A stretch of 64,000 nucleotides of DNA from Chloroflexota bacterium (GCA_963663275.1 OY760183.1:1440001-1504000), one strand, 5' to 3'. Positions 19,483 through 28,869 are shown, numbered from the stretch's first letter. Translations and numbers: made by a program. Notes: generated from the letters alone by a model not told the origin.

Positions 19483-20475
19483 TTAGTAGGGCAGTTTCTC
19501 CACGCGCTCGACGACGAACTGCGGCTGGGGTTCGTCTTCCTTGCCGCAAGAGCTTGGGAAGAGGAGCAGGCGCTCGGGCGCTTCCCGGACCGTGACCCGA
19601 TACGACCCCACGGCAGACCCGTCGGACGCGGTGTAAGCCAGCGTCACGGCCGCCGCGCCGTCTTCTCCGCCGCTGACGGCGACTTCGCCATTGGCGACGA
19701 CCTCGCTGCGGACGCGGTGCGCCGTCCACGGCCAATCCTCGGCCAGCAACACCGCGTGCTCGGCGGTCTGTTCCAGGGGCGAGAGGCGTCCCCAGCCGCG
19801 GTACTGGCCTTCCAGCGCGGCAAACGAGCCAGCCCGCGCGATCAGGTTGGGCAGGTCCTCAACGCCTACGTAGGCATAGTAGCGTCCTTCGGGAAGATCG
19901 AGCAGCGTCGGCGCCATGCGGTGGCCGCCCAGGTGGCTGCACCGCCACACGCGCAGCGCGTCCGGCCGCGCGTAACGCTGGCGCAGTTCGCGGTAGACGG
20001 GAAAGCCGAAGGTGGCGCAGCAGCGGTCGCGGCTGCCGTGGTTGCAGACCAGGAGTTCGCGGACATGGCCGGTGTCTTGCGCGTACGCGGCGAAGCGCGC
20101 CAGCGTGTCCGGCGTATAGAGCAGGGCCTCGATCAGCGCCGGCAGTTGGGCGTGCGGAACCAGGTACTCCCGCTTGGCGTACGTGGGGGCCTCGCCGGTG
20201 TGCGCGAAGGAGAAGACGCGGGTCAACCCCGCTTGCGAGTACTCGTCGTCGGGCACGAGGCCGGTGAGGCGCGGCTCGATGCCGTCCCGCACGGCGCGCG
20301 CCAGCAGGTCCCGCACCGGGGCGGGGAACGTGGCGGAATCCGTTACTTCACGCTCCCACGGCAGCGGGCACTCGATTGCCAGGTGCGCCTGGTACGTGGG
20401 CGCCGTGCCAACCGGATGAAACCCCGCCGATTGCGCCACGCGCGAGCAGAACGGCATGGTTGTGGATTGTGCCAC
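19483..20475 (-). CDS. Sucrase/ferredoxin-like (thioredoxin-like 2Fe-2S) protein
   Basis: LVCNHGSRDRCCATFG and WRCSHLGGHRMAPT motifs. Confidence 0.88.
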   Translation of the reverse strand: MAQSTTMPFCSRVAQSAGFHPVGTAPTYQAHLAIECPLPWEREVTDSATFPAPVRDLLARAVRDGIEPRLTGLVPDDEYSQAGLTRVFSFAHTGEAPTYAKREYLVPHAQLPALIEALLYTPDTLARFAAYAQDTGHVRELLVCNHGSRDRCCATFGFPVYRELRQRYARPDALRVWRCSHLGGHRMAPTLLDLPEGRYYAYVGVEDLPNLIARAGSFAALEGQYRGWGRLSPLEQTAEHAVLLAEDWPWTAHRVRSEVVANGEVAVSGGEDGAAAVTLAYTASDGSAVGSYRVTVREAPERLLLFPSSCGKEDEPQPQFVVERVEKLPY

Positions 20476-20658
20476 TATTAGGGTCCCTTCTGGGTTGGAA
20501 GTGCGAAGGAGCGCGAGTCGCAACGCGGCGCGGGCAACGCCGCCCCCAGGGCCGCCGCAGTCTCCGGCAGCGCGGGTTCGCGCGCGCCGCCGCTGCTACC
20601 ATGCTACACTATCGAGGAATTGAGCGGGGGCATCGCGGCCTCAAGGAGTGCGACGGGC

Positions 20659-21165
20659 GTGAGCACGATAGACCTTCTGCGCGTCGCGCTGTACTGGGCG
20701 CACCTGGTCGCGGCGGTGTTCTGGATCGGCGGCACGTTCTTCTATCTCTTCGTCATCCGGCCCGCGGTGAATACCCCGGAAGCAGCCGCCGGCTGGAAGA
20801 CGATCAGCCACGGCGTCGAGCGGCGGTTTCACGAAATCGTCCAGGTCTGCGTCTGGACGTTCCTGATAACCGGCGCGATCCTCACCTACGACCGCCTGAC
20901 GACGGTGAATCCGGGCCTGGACTATATAGTCGTCCTGGCATTTAAGGTACTATTGGTGGTGTGGATGATCTACGTCTCCGGCGGGCTGCGCCGGGCGGGC
21001 GTCCGCGGAGTGGCGGACGCCGCGCGGCAGGAGCAGCCGGTGGCGCGGAGCGTGTTTAGGCGATTGCGCTCGCCGGTGTTGCAGGTCGCCGTGATTGGCA
21101 GCTTGGTGTTGCTGCTGGCCGAATTGCTCAAAGTCATCGCGGAGAGCGCCCTGCGTTCGCCGTAA
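20659..21165 (+). CDS. CopD/DUF4149-like four-TM membrane protein
   Basis: WAHLVAAVFWIGG and FLITG motifs; first gene of the ccm run. Confidence 0.7.
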   Translation: MSTIDLLRVALYWAHLVAAVFWIGGTFFYLFVIRPAVNTPEAAAGWKTISHGVERRFHEIVQVCVWTFLITGAILTYDRLTTVNPGLDYIVVLAFKVLLVVWMIYVSGGLRRAGVRGVADAARQEQPVARSVFRRLRSPVLQVAVIGSLVLLLAELLKVIAESALRSP

Positions 21166-21186
21166 GGAGTCAGGAAACGCTGTCCA

Positions 21187-21642
21187 ATGGCAAATGAGGC
21201 CGCAATCCCCCGCGCGGGCGGCCGGCGCGGGTTCGACGTGAAGATCATGGTGGGCGGCGTCGTCATCCTGTTGGCGGTGGCGTACCTGGTAGTGGCGGCT
21301 TTGCCCTCAGGCACCGCGTACTACATCACGGTGAGCGAGTTGGCCGAGATGGGCGCGCGCGCCCAGACCGAGCAGACGCGCGTCTCCGGCAACGTCGTGC
21401 CCGGCACGATCGTGCGCAGCGCCGAGAGCCAGGACGTGCGCTTCCAGGTGGAGGATGCCAGCGGGCGGTTGACGGTAGTTTACAATGGGCTCGTGCCCGA
21501 CATCTTTGGCGACGAGGCGCAGGTGGTGGTGGAAGGCACGCAGGGCGCGGACGGCGTCTACCACGCCCATACGCTCCTGGCCAAGTGCCCGTCGCGGTTC
21601 GAGGAAGCGCCCGCCAGCGGCGGCAACGCGAAATCCGGCTGA
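21187..21642 (+). CDS. ccmE: Cytochrome c maturation heme chaperone CcmE (Cys-type)
   Basis: TM anchor, YYITVSEL, VYNGLVPDIF, VVVEG and LLAKCPSRF. Confidence 0.92.
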   Translation: MANEAAIPRAGGRRGFDVKIMVGGVVILLAVAYLVVAALPSGTAYYITVSELAEMGARAQTEQTRVSGNVVPGTIVRSAESQDVRFQVEDASGRLTVVYNGLVPDIFGDEAQVVVEGTQGADGVYHAHTLLAKCPSRFEEAPASGGNAKSG

Positions 21643-21719
21643 CGGCGGACGATGGCGGAGATTGCGCCGGCCGCGCTGAACTCGTCGTATCGAAACGAGC
21701 AGACCGAGGAGGACAACCG

Positions 21720-22043
21720 ATGATTCTCGCAACGACGGAGCGGATTCCCGGCAAGCGGGTGACCGCGGTGAAGGGCCTGGTGCAGGGCAACACGATTCGC
21801 TCGCGGCACGTGGGACGCGACATCATGGCCTCGCTGAAGAACGTCGTCGGCGGCGAAATCGGCGAGTACACGCAACTCATGACGGAATCGCGCAAGCAGG
21901 CCGCGGACCGGATGGTGGCCGAGGCCGAAAGCCTGGGCGCAAACGCGGTGATCGGCGTCCGGTTCGTGAACGCCGAGGTGATGCAGGGCGCGTCGGAACT
22001 GCTGGCCTACGGCACGGCGGTTGTCGTCGAGGACGAGGAGTAA
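21720..22043 (+). CDS. YbjQ/UPF0145 heavy-metal-binding family protein
   Basis: MILATTERIPG, VGGEIGEYT, GANAVIGVRF and LAYGTAV; GGAGG RBS. Confidence 0.92.
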   Translation: MILATTERIPGKRVTAVKGLVQGNTIRSRHVGRDIMASLKNVVGGEIGEYTQLMTESRKQAADRMVAEAESLGANAVIGVRFVNAEVMQGASELLAYGTAVVVEDEE

Positions 22044-22128
22044 GGCGGACGCGCGCACCGATAGAGCATATCTCCATTAGCGCCGCCGCAAGCAGGGCGG
22101 CGCGCTTGCGCCCTGTAGAAGCGACACT

Positions 22129-24144
22129 ATGACCGCCAGCATTGGAACAGCGCTCCTCTTCATCGCCTTCCTGGCGGCGCTCTACGGGGCCGTCGCGTCC
22201 GTGCTCGGCGCGAGGCTGCGGGTGCCGGAACTTGTCGTGAGCGCGCGCAACGCCGTGGTCGCCGTGGCCGCCTTGGTCGCGCTGGCGGCGCTCACCCTCA
22301 TGTACGCCTTCGTGACCCACGACTTCAGCCTGAGGTACGTGGTCGCCCAGTCCACCCGCTCACAGCCGTGGCCGTACCTCTTCAGCGGTTTCTACGGCGG
22401 CCAGGCGGGTTCGCTGCTCTACTGGTCGCTCACGCTGGCGCTGCTCTCGTCGGTGGTTGTCTTGATCCACTTCCGCGGTGACCGGCGGCTCATACCGTAC
22501 GTCATGGCTACGCTCATGGTTATCGAGTCGTTCATCCTGGCGGTGCTCAACTTCATCTCGTCGCCGTTCGAGACCGTATTTCCCGTGCCGCCCGACGGCC
22601 GGGGCCTCAATCCATTGCTGCAAGACCCGGGCATGTTGGTGCACCCGCCTATGCTGCTGGCCGGCTACGTGAGCGTTGCGATTCCCTTCGCCTTCGCCAT
22701 TGCCGCGCTAGTGACCGGGCAGGTGGACAACCGCTGGCTCAAGGCCACACGCCATTGGGCGCTGCTTTCCTGGCTCTTCCTCTCGCTGGGCAACCTGCTG
22801 GGCGCGTGGTGGGCGTACCACGTGCTCGGCTGGGGCGGCTACTGGGGCTGGGATCCGGTGGAGAACGTGGCGATTCTGCCCTGGTTCGCCATGAGCGCCT
22901 ACGTGCACTCGGTGCTGGTGCAAGAGCGGCGGGGGATGCTGAAAGTCTGGAACATGGCGCTGATCATCGTGGCTTTCAATCTGGCAATTTTCGGCACGTT
23001 CGTGGTGCGCAGCGGCATCCTGGCCTCGGTGCACTCGTTTGCCGTATCCGAGATCGGGCCTTACTTCTTCGGATTCCTGGCGGTGAGCCTGATCGTCTCG
23101 CTCACGCTGCTCATGCTGCGGCTGCCGCAATTGCGCGACGAGCACGACTTCGACTCCCTGCTCTCCCGGGAGGCCACGTTTCTCTTCAACAATCTGCTGT
23201 TCGTCGCGGTGATCGTCGTCACCTTTCTCGGCGTGATCTTTCCCCTGCTTTCGGAGGCGCTCCAGGGGAGGCGAATCAACGTCGGCGCGCCGTTCTACCA
23301 GCAGGTGAACGGGCCGTTGCTGCTGGCGGTGGTGGCGCTGATGGGCCTGGGCATGCTGGTGCCCTGGCGGCGCGGCGCGGCGCGGGCGCTGTTGCGCGGG
23401 CTGCGAACCACGCTGGCCGTTTCGGCGCTCATTACGCTTGCCGCGATCGTGCTCGGCGCGCGCTCGCCGTGGACGATTCTGAGTATCGCGGCCTGCGCCT
23501 TCGCGTTCGTGGTTGCCCTGCGGGAGTTTCACCGCACGGCCCTGGCCCTGATGCGCGCCCAGCGCACGCTCTATCCCGCCGCGTTGCTCGCGGTCTTTCG
23601 CTACAACCGCCGCCGCTACGGCGGGTATCTGGTGCACGTGGGCGTGGCGCTCATGGGGCTGGCAATCATCGGTTCCTCCTTCTTCCAGACCGAACGGTCG
23701 GTGAGCATGCGCCCCGGCCAGAGCGTGCAGGTGGGGCAGTACACGGTGGCCTACCAGGGTCTCACCCAGTGGAACGAGCCGGGCAAGAAACGCACGATCG
23801 CGTCGATGCTGGTGCGCAATGGCGGCCAGTCCTTCGAAGTCGCGCCGCAGAAAGTGGAATTCGTGAATTGGGAAGACCAGCCGGTGAGCGAGGTGGTGAT
23901 CAAGACGGTCTATCCGCAACTGGACGACGTGTACGTGGTGATGGCGGCGTTTGGCGAAGACGGCGCGGCGAGTTTCCACATCTTCGTGAATCCGCTCGTA
24001 GCGTTTCTCTGGCTCGGCGGCGCGCTGCTGGTCGTTGGCGGGCTGATCTCCTGGTGGCCGTCCACGGCGCCGGCGGCGGCGTTTGCCCCGGCGACCGGTG
24101 AGTCCCGCGCCGGCCGCCTGGCGCCGGACGCGGCATCGTCATGA
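22129..24144 (+). CDS. ccmF: Heme lyase CcmF
   Basis: HPP, WWD domain LGWGGYWGWDPVEN, RSGILASVHSF and LVHVG. Confidence 0.96.
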   Translation: MTASIGTALLFIAFLAALYGAVASVLGARLRVPELVVSARNAVVAVAALVALAALTLMYAFVTHDFSLRYVVAQSTRSQPWPYLFSGFYGGQAGSLLYWSLTLALLSSVVVLIHFRGDRRLIPYVMATLMVIESFILAVLNFISSPFETVFPVPPDGRGLNPLLQDPGMLVHPPMLLAGYVSVAIPFAFAIAALVTGQVDNRWLKATRHWALLSWLFLSLGNLLGAWWAYHVLGWGGYWGWDPVENVAILPWFAMSAYVHSVLVQERRGMLKVWNMALIIVAFNLAIFGTFVVRSGILASVHSFAVSEIGPYFFGFLAVSLIVSLTLLMLRLPQLRDEHDFDSLLSREATFLFNNLLFVAVIVVTFLGVIFPLLSEALQGRRINVGAPFYQQVNGPLLLAVVALMGLGMLVPWRRGAARALLRGLRTTLAVSALITLAAIVLGARSPWTILSIAACAFAFVVALREFHRTALALMRAQRTLYPAALLAVFRYNRRRYGGYLVHVGVALMGLAIIGSSFFQTERSVSMRPGQSVQVGQYTVAYQGLTQWNEPGKKRTIASMLVRNGGQSFEVAPQKVEFVNWEDQPVSEVVIKTVYPQLDDVYVVMAAFGEDGAASFHIFVNPLVAFLWLGGALLVVGGLISWWPSTAPAAAFAPATGESRAGRLAPDAASS

Positions 24145-24764
24145 GAGTTGTCATGGAAAAGGCAGCCGGCGGTATGAAGGACGGCGCCGCAATGAAGGGA
24201 ACCGCGCTCAGGGGAACGCAGGAAGTTGGCGCGTCGCGCGCGGCTTGGCGGCGGGCGGCGCGGGGCGCCGCTGGGGTGACCGCCATTGTTCTGTTGCTCG
24301 CCGTTGTGCTGCTCCACCTTGGGGTGCACGCGGCGCGGGCGGACACGATCGAAGAACGGACCACGGCGATTGCCAAGCAACTCAAGTGTCCGGTCTGCCA
24401 GAACATTCCGGTGGCGTATTCCCAATCGCAGTTGGCGGACGAGATGCGCCGGGTGATACGCGACAAGCTGGCGCAAGGCGAGAGCGAGGAGGCCATCATC
24501 CAGTACTTCGTAGACCGCTACGGCGAGGACGTGCTGCTGGAACCGCGCCGGGAGGGGTTCAGCCTGCTCTTGTGGCTGGCGGCGAGCGGCGCGCTGGCGT
24601 TTGGCGGGGCGGTGGTTGGCATTGTGCTCTGGAACTGGAGCCGCGCCCGTCCGGCGGCCGCGGCCGGCGCGGCGGCGGCAGAGGCTGCCGGGCCGCCTGC
24701 CGGCAAGCTGGAGGAACTCTTCGAGGAAGAATTCGCGCGCTACAAGCGGGGCAGGCGGTCATGA
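24141..24764 (+). CDS. ccmH: CcmH/CcmL cytochrome c biogenesis protein
   Basis: LKCPVCQN and YFVDRYGEDVLLEP followed by a TM helix. Confidence 0.9.
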   Translation: MRVVMEKAAGGMKDGAAMKGTALRGTQEVGASRAAWRRAARGAAGVTAIVLLLAVVLLHLGVHAARADTIEERTTAIAKQLKCPVCQNIPVAYSQSQLADEMRRVIRDKLAQGESEEAIIQYFVDRYGEDVLLEPRREGFSLLLWLAASGALAFGGAVVGIVLWNWSRARPAAAAGAAAAEAAGPPAGKLEELFEEEFARYKRGRRS

Positions 24765-26143
24765 ACTGGATCGTTGGTGGTGTGCTCGGCCTCGGCGCGT
24801 TGCTCTGGATACTGTGGCCGCTGGCGCGGCGCGGCGGCCCGGCGAGAACGCGCCGGGCGGACGGCGCGGCCGGCTTGGCTGAAGGCGGAGGCGCGGTCAG
24901 AGACGGCGGCGCGGTCGTAGACGACGACCTGGCCGAACGCACGCTGCTGCTCTATCAGGAACTGGAAGAGATCGACCTGGAGCACGAGCAGGGCGACCTT
25001 TCCGATGACGAGTACGCCGCTTTGCGTGAGGCGCAGAAGGGGCGCGTGCTTGCCGTGCTTGAACAGCGGCAGCGGGCGGCGGGCGCTGCGCGCGAGGCCG
25101 AAGACCCCGGCGATGACATTGCGCTCCACCGCGATTCCGGGCGTAGTGATGCCAACGCGCTCAGCGACGCCATTGAGGACGAGATTCTGCGCATTCGCGC
25201 CCAACGGCGGGGAGAGCGCGCGGCTTCCGCCGGGCAGCCGTCCGCGGCCCTGGCCCCGGCGCGGGGGATGCACTGGCTCTGGCTCGGCGTGCCGGCCGCC
25301 TTGGTGCTCATCGCCTTTGGCGTCATCTTCCAACTCTACCAGTCTTCCGCCCGCACGCTCACCGAACAGACGCCGATCGCGCAGATCGAGGCTGCGGCGC
25401 TCGTCGGCTTTGCCTACCTCGCGCCCAACCACGTGCTGCTGGCGAGCGCCAACGGTCTGCGGGAGAGCCGCGACGGTGGACGGTCGTGGACGGAGAGCGC
25501 GCTGGATGCCGCGCCGACCGCTCTGGCGACAGCGCCAGGGGCGGCAGCGCGCGGGTATGCGTACGTGTTTACCGCGGACAGTGTGCTCGCGACCGCCGAT
25601 GCAGGAGAAACGTGGCAGGAAGTGCAAGGCACGTTGCCGGGCGCGGACGTGCTCGCGGCGGCGGTAAATCCTTTCATGCCGACGGAAGTCTACGCCGGTT
25701 TCGCCGGTGCCGGCCTCTACCGCTCGCGCGACGGCGGCAGGACGTGGGAACCGGTGGCGACGCCGGACGATGAACCGGTCGTGGCAATCTTCGTGGGCAG
25801 CATACCGCCGCTGCTCTTCATTGCCGGAGAATCGGGGAACGTGCGGGTGAGCAGCGACGAGGGAGCGACGTGGCGGGCGGCCAGCGGCGCGGTCACCATG
25901 GCGCTACGGGGCCCGGTGCGCGCGCTCTCCGGCGCGCCGGACGCCAGCGTGCTCTACGCCGCCTCCCACACCGGTCTCTACATGAGCACGTCGGCGGGGC
26001 AGACCTGGATCGATCTGCCGCTGCGCAAACCGCTGGCGGCCGTGGCCGTTGATCCGGCGGACGCCCGCACCGTGCTGGCCGTGACGGAATCGGGCGAGGT
26101 GTACCGCAGCACGGACGGCGGCATCGCGTGGAGGGACGAATGA
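24761..26143 (+). CDS. CcmI-like N-terminus fused to an Asp-box (BNR) beta-propeller
   Basis: TM helix, ELEEIDLEHEQGDLSDDEY motif, second TM, then six Asp-boxes (SRDGGRSW, TADAGETW, SRDGGRTW, SSDEGATW, STSAGQTW, STDGGIAW). Confidence 0.78.
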   Translation: MNWIVGGVLGLGALLWILWPLARRGGPARTRRADGAAGLAEGGGAVRDGGAVVDDDLAERTLLLYQELEEIDLEHEQGDLSDDEYAALREAQKGRVLAVLEQRQRAAGAAREAEDPGDDIALHRDSGRSDANALSDAIEDEILRIRAQRRGERAASAGQPSAALAPARGMHWLWLGVPAALVLIAFGVIFQLYQSSARTLTEQTPIAQIEAAALVGFAYLAPNHVLLASANGLRESRDGGRSWTESALDAAPTALATAPGAAARGYAYVFTADSVLATADAGETWQEVQGTLPGADVLAAAVNPFMPTEVYAGFAGAGLYRSRDGGRTWEPVATPDDEPVVAIFVGSIPPLLFIAGESGNVRVSSDEGATWRAASGAVTMALRGPVRALSGAPDASVLYAASHTGLYMSTSAGQTWIDLPLRKPLAAVAVDPADARTVLAVTESGEVYRSTDGGIAWRDE

Positions 26144-27789
26144 CGGTACCAGCCGCCAACAGTCATCGCGGTTGTCGCGGGAACGCGCCGTCATTCCCGC
26201 GCACGCGGAAATCCAGCCGCGTAGGGGCGGTTCGCGAACCGCCCGTTCGGGGTGGCGAACGTGTTGATGACAAACGGGAAAGCGTTTCCGCAGGCGTTTC
26301 GTCATTCTTGTGCGTGCGGAATCTTGTCCGCATCGGGGCGGTTCGCGAACCGCCCGTACAGTGTGGCAGTGGACATAGTGCCAGACTGGAGAGCATTCCC
26401 GCAGGCGAATTGTCACTCTCGCGCAGGCAGGATCCTATCCGCATCGGTGCGGTTCGCGAACCGCCCCTACCCGGTCTTGGGCGCAGGTGGGGATTAATCC
26501 GCGCCGCGCCCCTCTTCCTCGGCATTCTGCTCTCCCTCCTTTTGCCGTCCGCGCTTGCGGCGGCGGACGGGGTCGTCACCGGCACGGTCGTGAACGGCAC
26601 CGCGGGCGGCGGCGTGCCGGCGGACGTAGCGGTGACGCTCTACTTCCTGCGCGAAGGCGACATCGTGGAGCAGCGCACGGCGGTCACCGACGCCGGCGGC
26701 GAATATAGTTTTGTGGATCTGCCGCTGGACGCGGGGCTGCGCTTCGTGGTGGTAGCCGCCTACCTGAGTGTGCCGTACAATACGCCGCAGTTTCAGTTCG
26801 AGGAGAGCGCCGCAGTCCAGGCGCCCCCGCTCACGGTGTATGAAGCGATCCAGGACCCGAGCGTGGTGCGGGTCATTACCGACGTGATGATCGTCGCGCC
26901 GGGAGAGGAGCGGAGCGGTTTGCTGGCCGTCATCGAGGTGGTGCGGCTGGCCAACGACAGCGACCGCACCTATCTCGCCACCGGCGTGGCCGGGGGCAGG
27001 CCGGCGATGGACCGGGTGCTCCGTTTCGCGCTGCCGGCGAACGCGCAGGACCTCACGATGATCAGCGGCCTCAGCGGCCAGAACGTGGTGGAGATCGACA
27101 GCGAACGCGACAACCTGCGCGGGTTCGGCGTCTTCATGCCGCTGCTGCCCGGCGAGCGGGAAGTGGCGTTTGGCTACCAGGTGCCGTACGCCGGCAGCAC
27201 GCTGAGCCTGAGCAAGCGCACGGTCTATCCCACCGACCACTTTGCCGTGATCGCGCTGGAAGAGCACGCGCTGCGCTTCGTTTCGGAGGAGCTCGAGGTG
27301 CAGGCCACGCCAATCGGCGAGCGCCGCTACCTGGTTGGCGCTACCAACACGCTGGCGGCGCGGGCGCAGGTAACGGTGCGGGTCGAGGGTTTGCCCGCGC
27401 CGTCGCTGCGCGTGCGGTTGGAGCGCCTGTTCGAAGGCCTGCGGGGCGCGCAAGCCACGGTCTACGTCTTGCTTGGCGTCGTATTGGTCTTGCCGATTCT
27501 CTATGCGCTCTATCGTCTGCGGGGCGGACGACGGCGGATACCGGCGCGCGGCTCCGCGGTCGCCGCGCCTGCGGCGCAGCCAGCCGCGCCGGACGCCAGT
27601 GACGAGCTGGTCGCAGGCAGCCGTTCGCGTGACGACAGAGAGTCATTGCTCCTTGAGATCGTCCAACTGGATGACGACTTCGCAACCGGCGGCATGGGCG
27701 AGGAGGAGTACCGGCGGCTGCGGGCGGAGAAGAAGCGGCGCTTGGTGGAACTCTATCGGGAACCGGATGCAGAGGATGGCCGTGAGTGA
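26140..27789 (+). CDS. ccm-associated membrane protein (carboxypeptidase-regulatory-like beta-sandwich, TM, SHOCT-like tail) with a REP-derived N-terminal extension
   Basis: ATG overlaps the upstream stop (ATGA) after GGAGGG; signal-like segment precedes DGVVTGTVVNGT; C-terminal LDDDFATGGMGEEEY. The start position is uncertain. Confidence 0.72.
   Translation: MTVPAANSHRGCRGNAPSFPRTRKSSRVGAVREPPVRGGERVDDKRESVSAGVSSFLCVRNLVRIGAVREPPVQCGSGHSARLESIPAGELSLSRRQDPIRIGAVREPPLPGLGRRWGLIRAAPLFLGILLSLLLPSALAAADGVVTGTVVNGTAGGGVPADVAVTLYFLREGDIVEQRTAVTDAGGEYSFVDLPLDAGLRFVVVAAYLSVPYNTPQFQFEESAAVQAPPLTVYEAIQDPSVVRVITDVMIVAPGEERSGLLAVIEVVRLANDSDRTYLATGVAGGRPAMDRVLRFALPANAQDLTMISGLSGQNVVEIDSERDNLRGFGVFMPLLPGEREVAFGYQVPYAGSTLSLSKRTVYPTDHFAVIALEEHALRFVSEELEVQATPIGERRYLVGATNTLAARAQVTVRVEGLPAPSLRVRLERLFEGLRGAQATVYVLLGVVLVLPILYALYRLRGGRRRIPARGSAVAAPAAQPAAPDASDELVAGSRSRDDRESLLLEIVQLDDDFATGGMGEEEYRRLRAEKKRRLVELYREPDAEDGRE
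26190..26470. repeat. Three 111-bp units, each a GTCATTCC-type palindrome remnant plus the REP GGGGCGGTTCGCGAACCGCCC
   Basis: GGTTCGCGAA at 26229, 26340 and 26451. Confidence 0.8.
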
Positions 27790-28138
27790 CCACAGGCCCG
27801 TGGTGGGGGCGCGACATGTCCCGAACCTACTTCGCCGTTCGCCCGCCGTGGTAGGGGCACGACATGTCGTGCCCCTACCACGGAACGGGAACCGGGAAGG
27901 AGGGTTGCGATACGTCGTGCCCCTACCACGGAACGGGAACCGGGAAGGGGGGTTGCGATACGTCGTGCCCCTACCACGGAACGCGAACCGGGAAGGAGGG
28001 TTTCAATTCGTCGTGCCCCTACCACGGCGCGGACACCGCCAAGGGGCGCGCTCACATTCCGTTGCCGCGGCGGCGAGGGGGGCGGCATTGGGATTGGACC
28101 TCGACCCTGCCGGGCCGAGCGAAAGGGGAGCGCGATGA
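27776..28138 (+). CDS. Possible REP-derived bridging ORF between the upstream gene and ccmA
   Basis: Start overlaps the upstream gene's 3' end and the stop overlaps the ccmA ATG (ATGA); it encodes a VVPLPRNGNREGGLRY repeat. Confidence 0.3.
   Translation: MAVSDHRPVVGARHVPNLLRRSPAVVGARHVVPLPRNGNREGGLRYVVPLPRNGNREGGLRYVVPLPRNANREGGFQFVVPLPRRGHRQGARSHSVAAAARGAALGLDLDPAGPSERGAR
27851..28028. repeat. GTAG REP palindrome followed by 48-bp tandem half-REP units
   Basis: TCGTGCCCCTACCACGG at 27867, 27915, 27963 and 28011. Confidence 0.88.
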
Positions 28139-28869
28139 GCGATGCCGCGCCGTCCGCGGCCGGCTTTGCCGTAGAGGCGCGCGGTCTGGCAAAGCGCTTT
28201 GGTCCGCACGTTGCCCTGGATCGGGTTGAACTCTCTCTGCGAGAGCGGGAGCGCCTGGCGGTGCTGGGACCCAACGGCGCCGGCAAGAGCACGCTCATCG
28301 CCGTGCTGGCCACGCTCACGCGCCCATCGGCGGGAACGCTGCGCGTGATGGGCTACGACAGCGCCGCCGCGCCGAACGAGGTGCGCCGCCGCGTTGGCGT
28401 CGTGGCGCACCAGACCTACCTGTATCAGGAGCTTTCGGCGCGGGAAAACCTGCTGTTCTACGGGCGTTTGTATGGTGTGGCCGGGCTTGCCGAGCGTGTA
28501 GACGCACTGCTGAAACTCGTAGACATCTACCCGCGCCGCCACGAGCAGATCGCCAATCTATCGCGCGGCATGCAGCAGCGCGTGGGCCTGGCGCGGGCGC
28601 TGGTGCACGACCCGGGGGTGCTCCTGCTGGATGAGCCGGACACCGGCCTGGACCAGGAACACCTGGCGTTGCTGGCGTCTCTGGTGGAAGGCCGCGCCAT
28701 TCCGGCCCGGACGGTCGTTCTGACTACCCACAATCTGGAGCGCGCGCTGGCGTTGTGCGACCGCGTGGCGGTGCTGGCGCGGGGGCGGCCGGTCTATCAG
28801 GCCGCGAGCGGGCGCCTCGATCGCGCGGCGCTGCAAGAGGCCTACCGCCTGGCGGGAGCCGCGCCATGA
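28135..28869 (+). CDS. ccmA: Heme exporter ATP-binding protein CcmA
   Basis: GPNGAGKS, LSRGMQQR and LLLDEP; lies directly before ccmB. Confidence 0.9.
   Translation: MSDAAPSAAGFAVEARGLAKRFGPHVALDRVELSLRERERLAVLGPNGAGKSTLIAVLATLTRPSAGTLRVMGYDSAAAPNEVRRRVGVVAHQTYLYQELSARENLLFYGRLYGVAGLAERVDALLKLVDIYPRRHEQIANLSRGMQQRVGLARALVHDPGVLLLDEPDTGLDQEHLALLASLVEGRAIPARTVVLTTHNLERALALCDRVAVLARGRPVYQAASGRLDRAALQEAYRLAGAAP

Noticed and set aside
24083-24760. Upstream extension of ORF 24083..26143
   Set aside because: It overlaps ccmH in another frame; the coupled ATG at 24761 is the better start.
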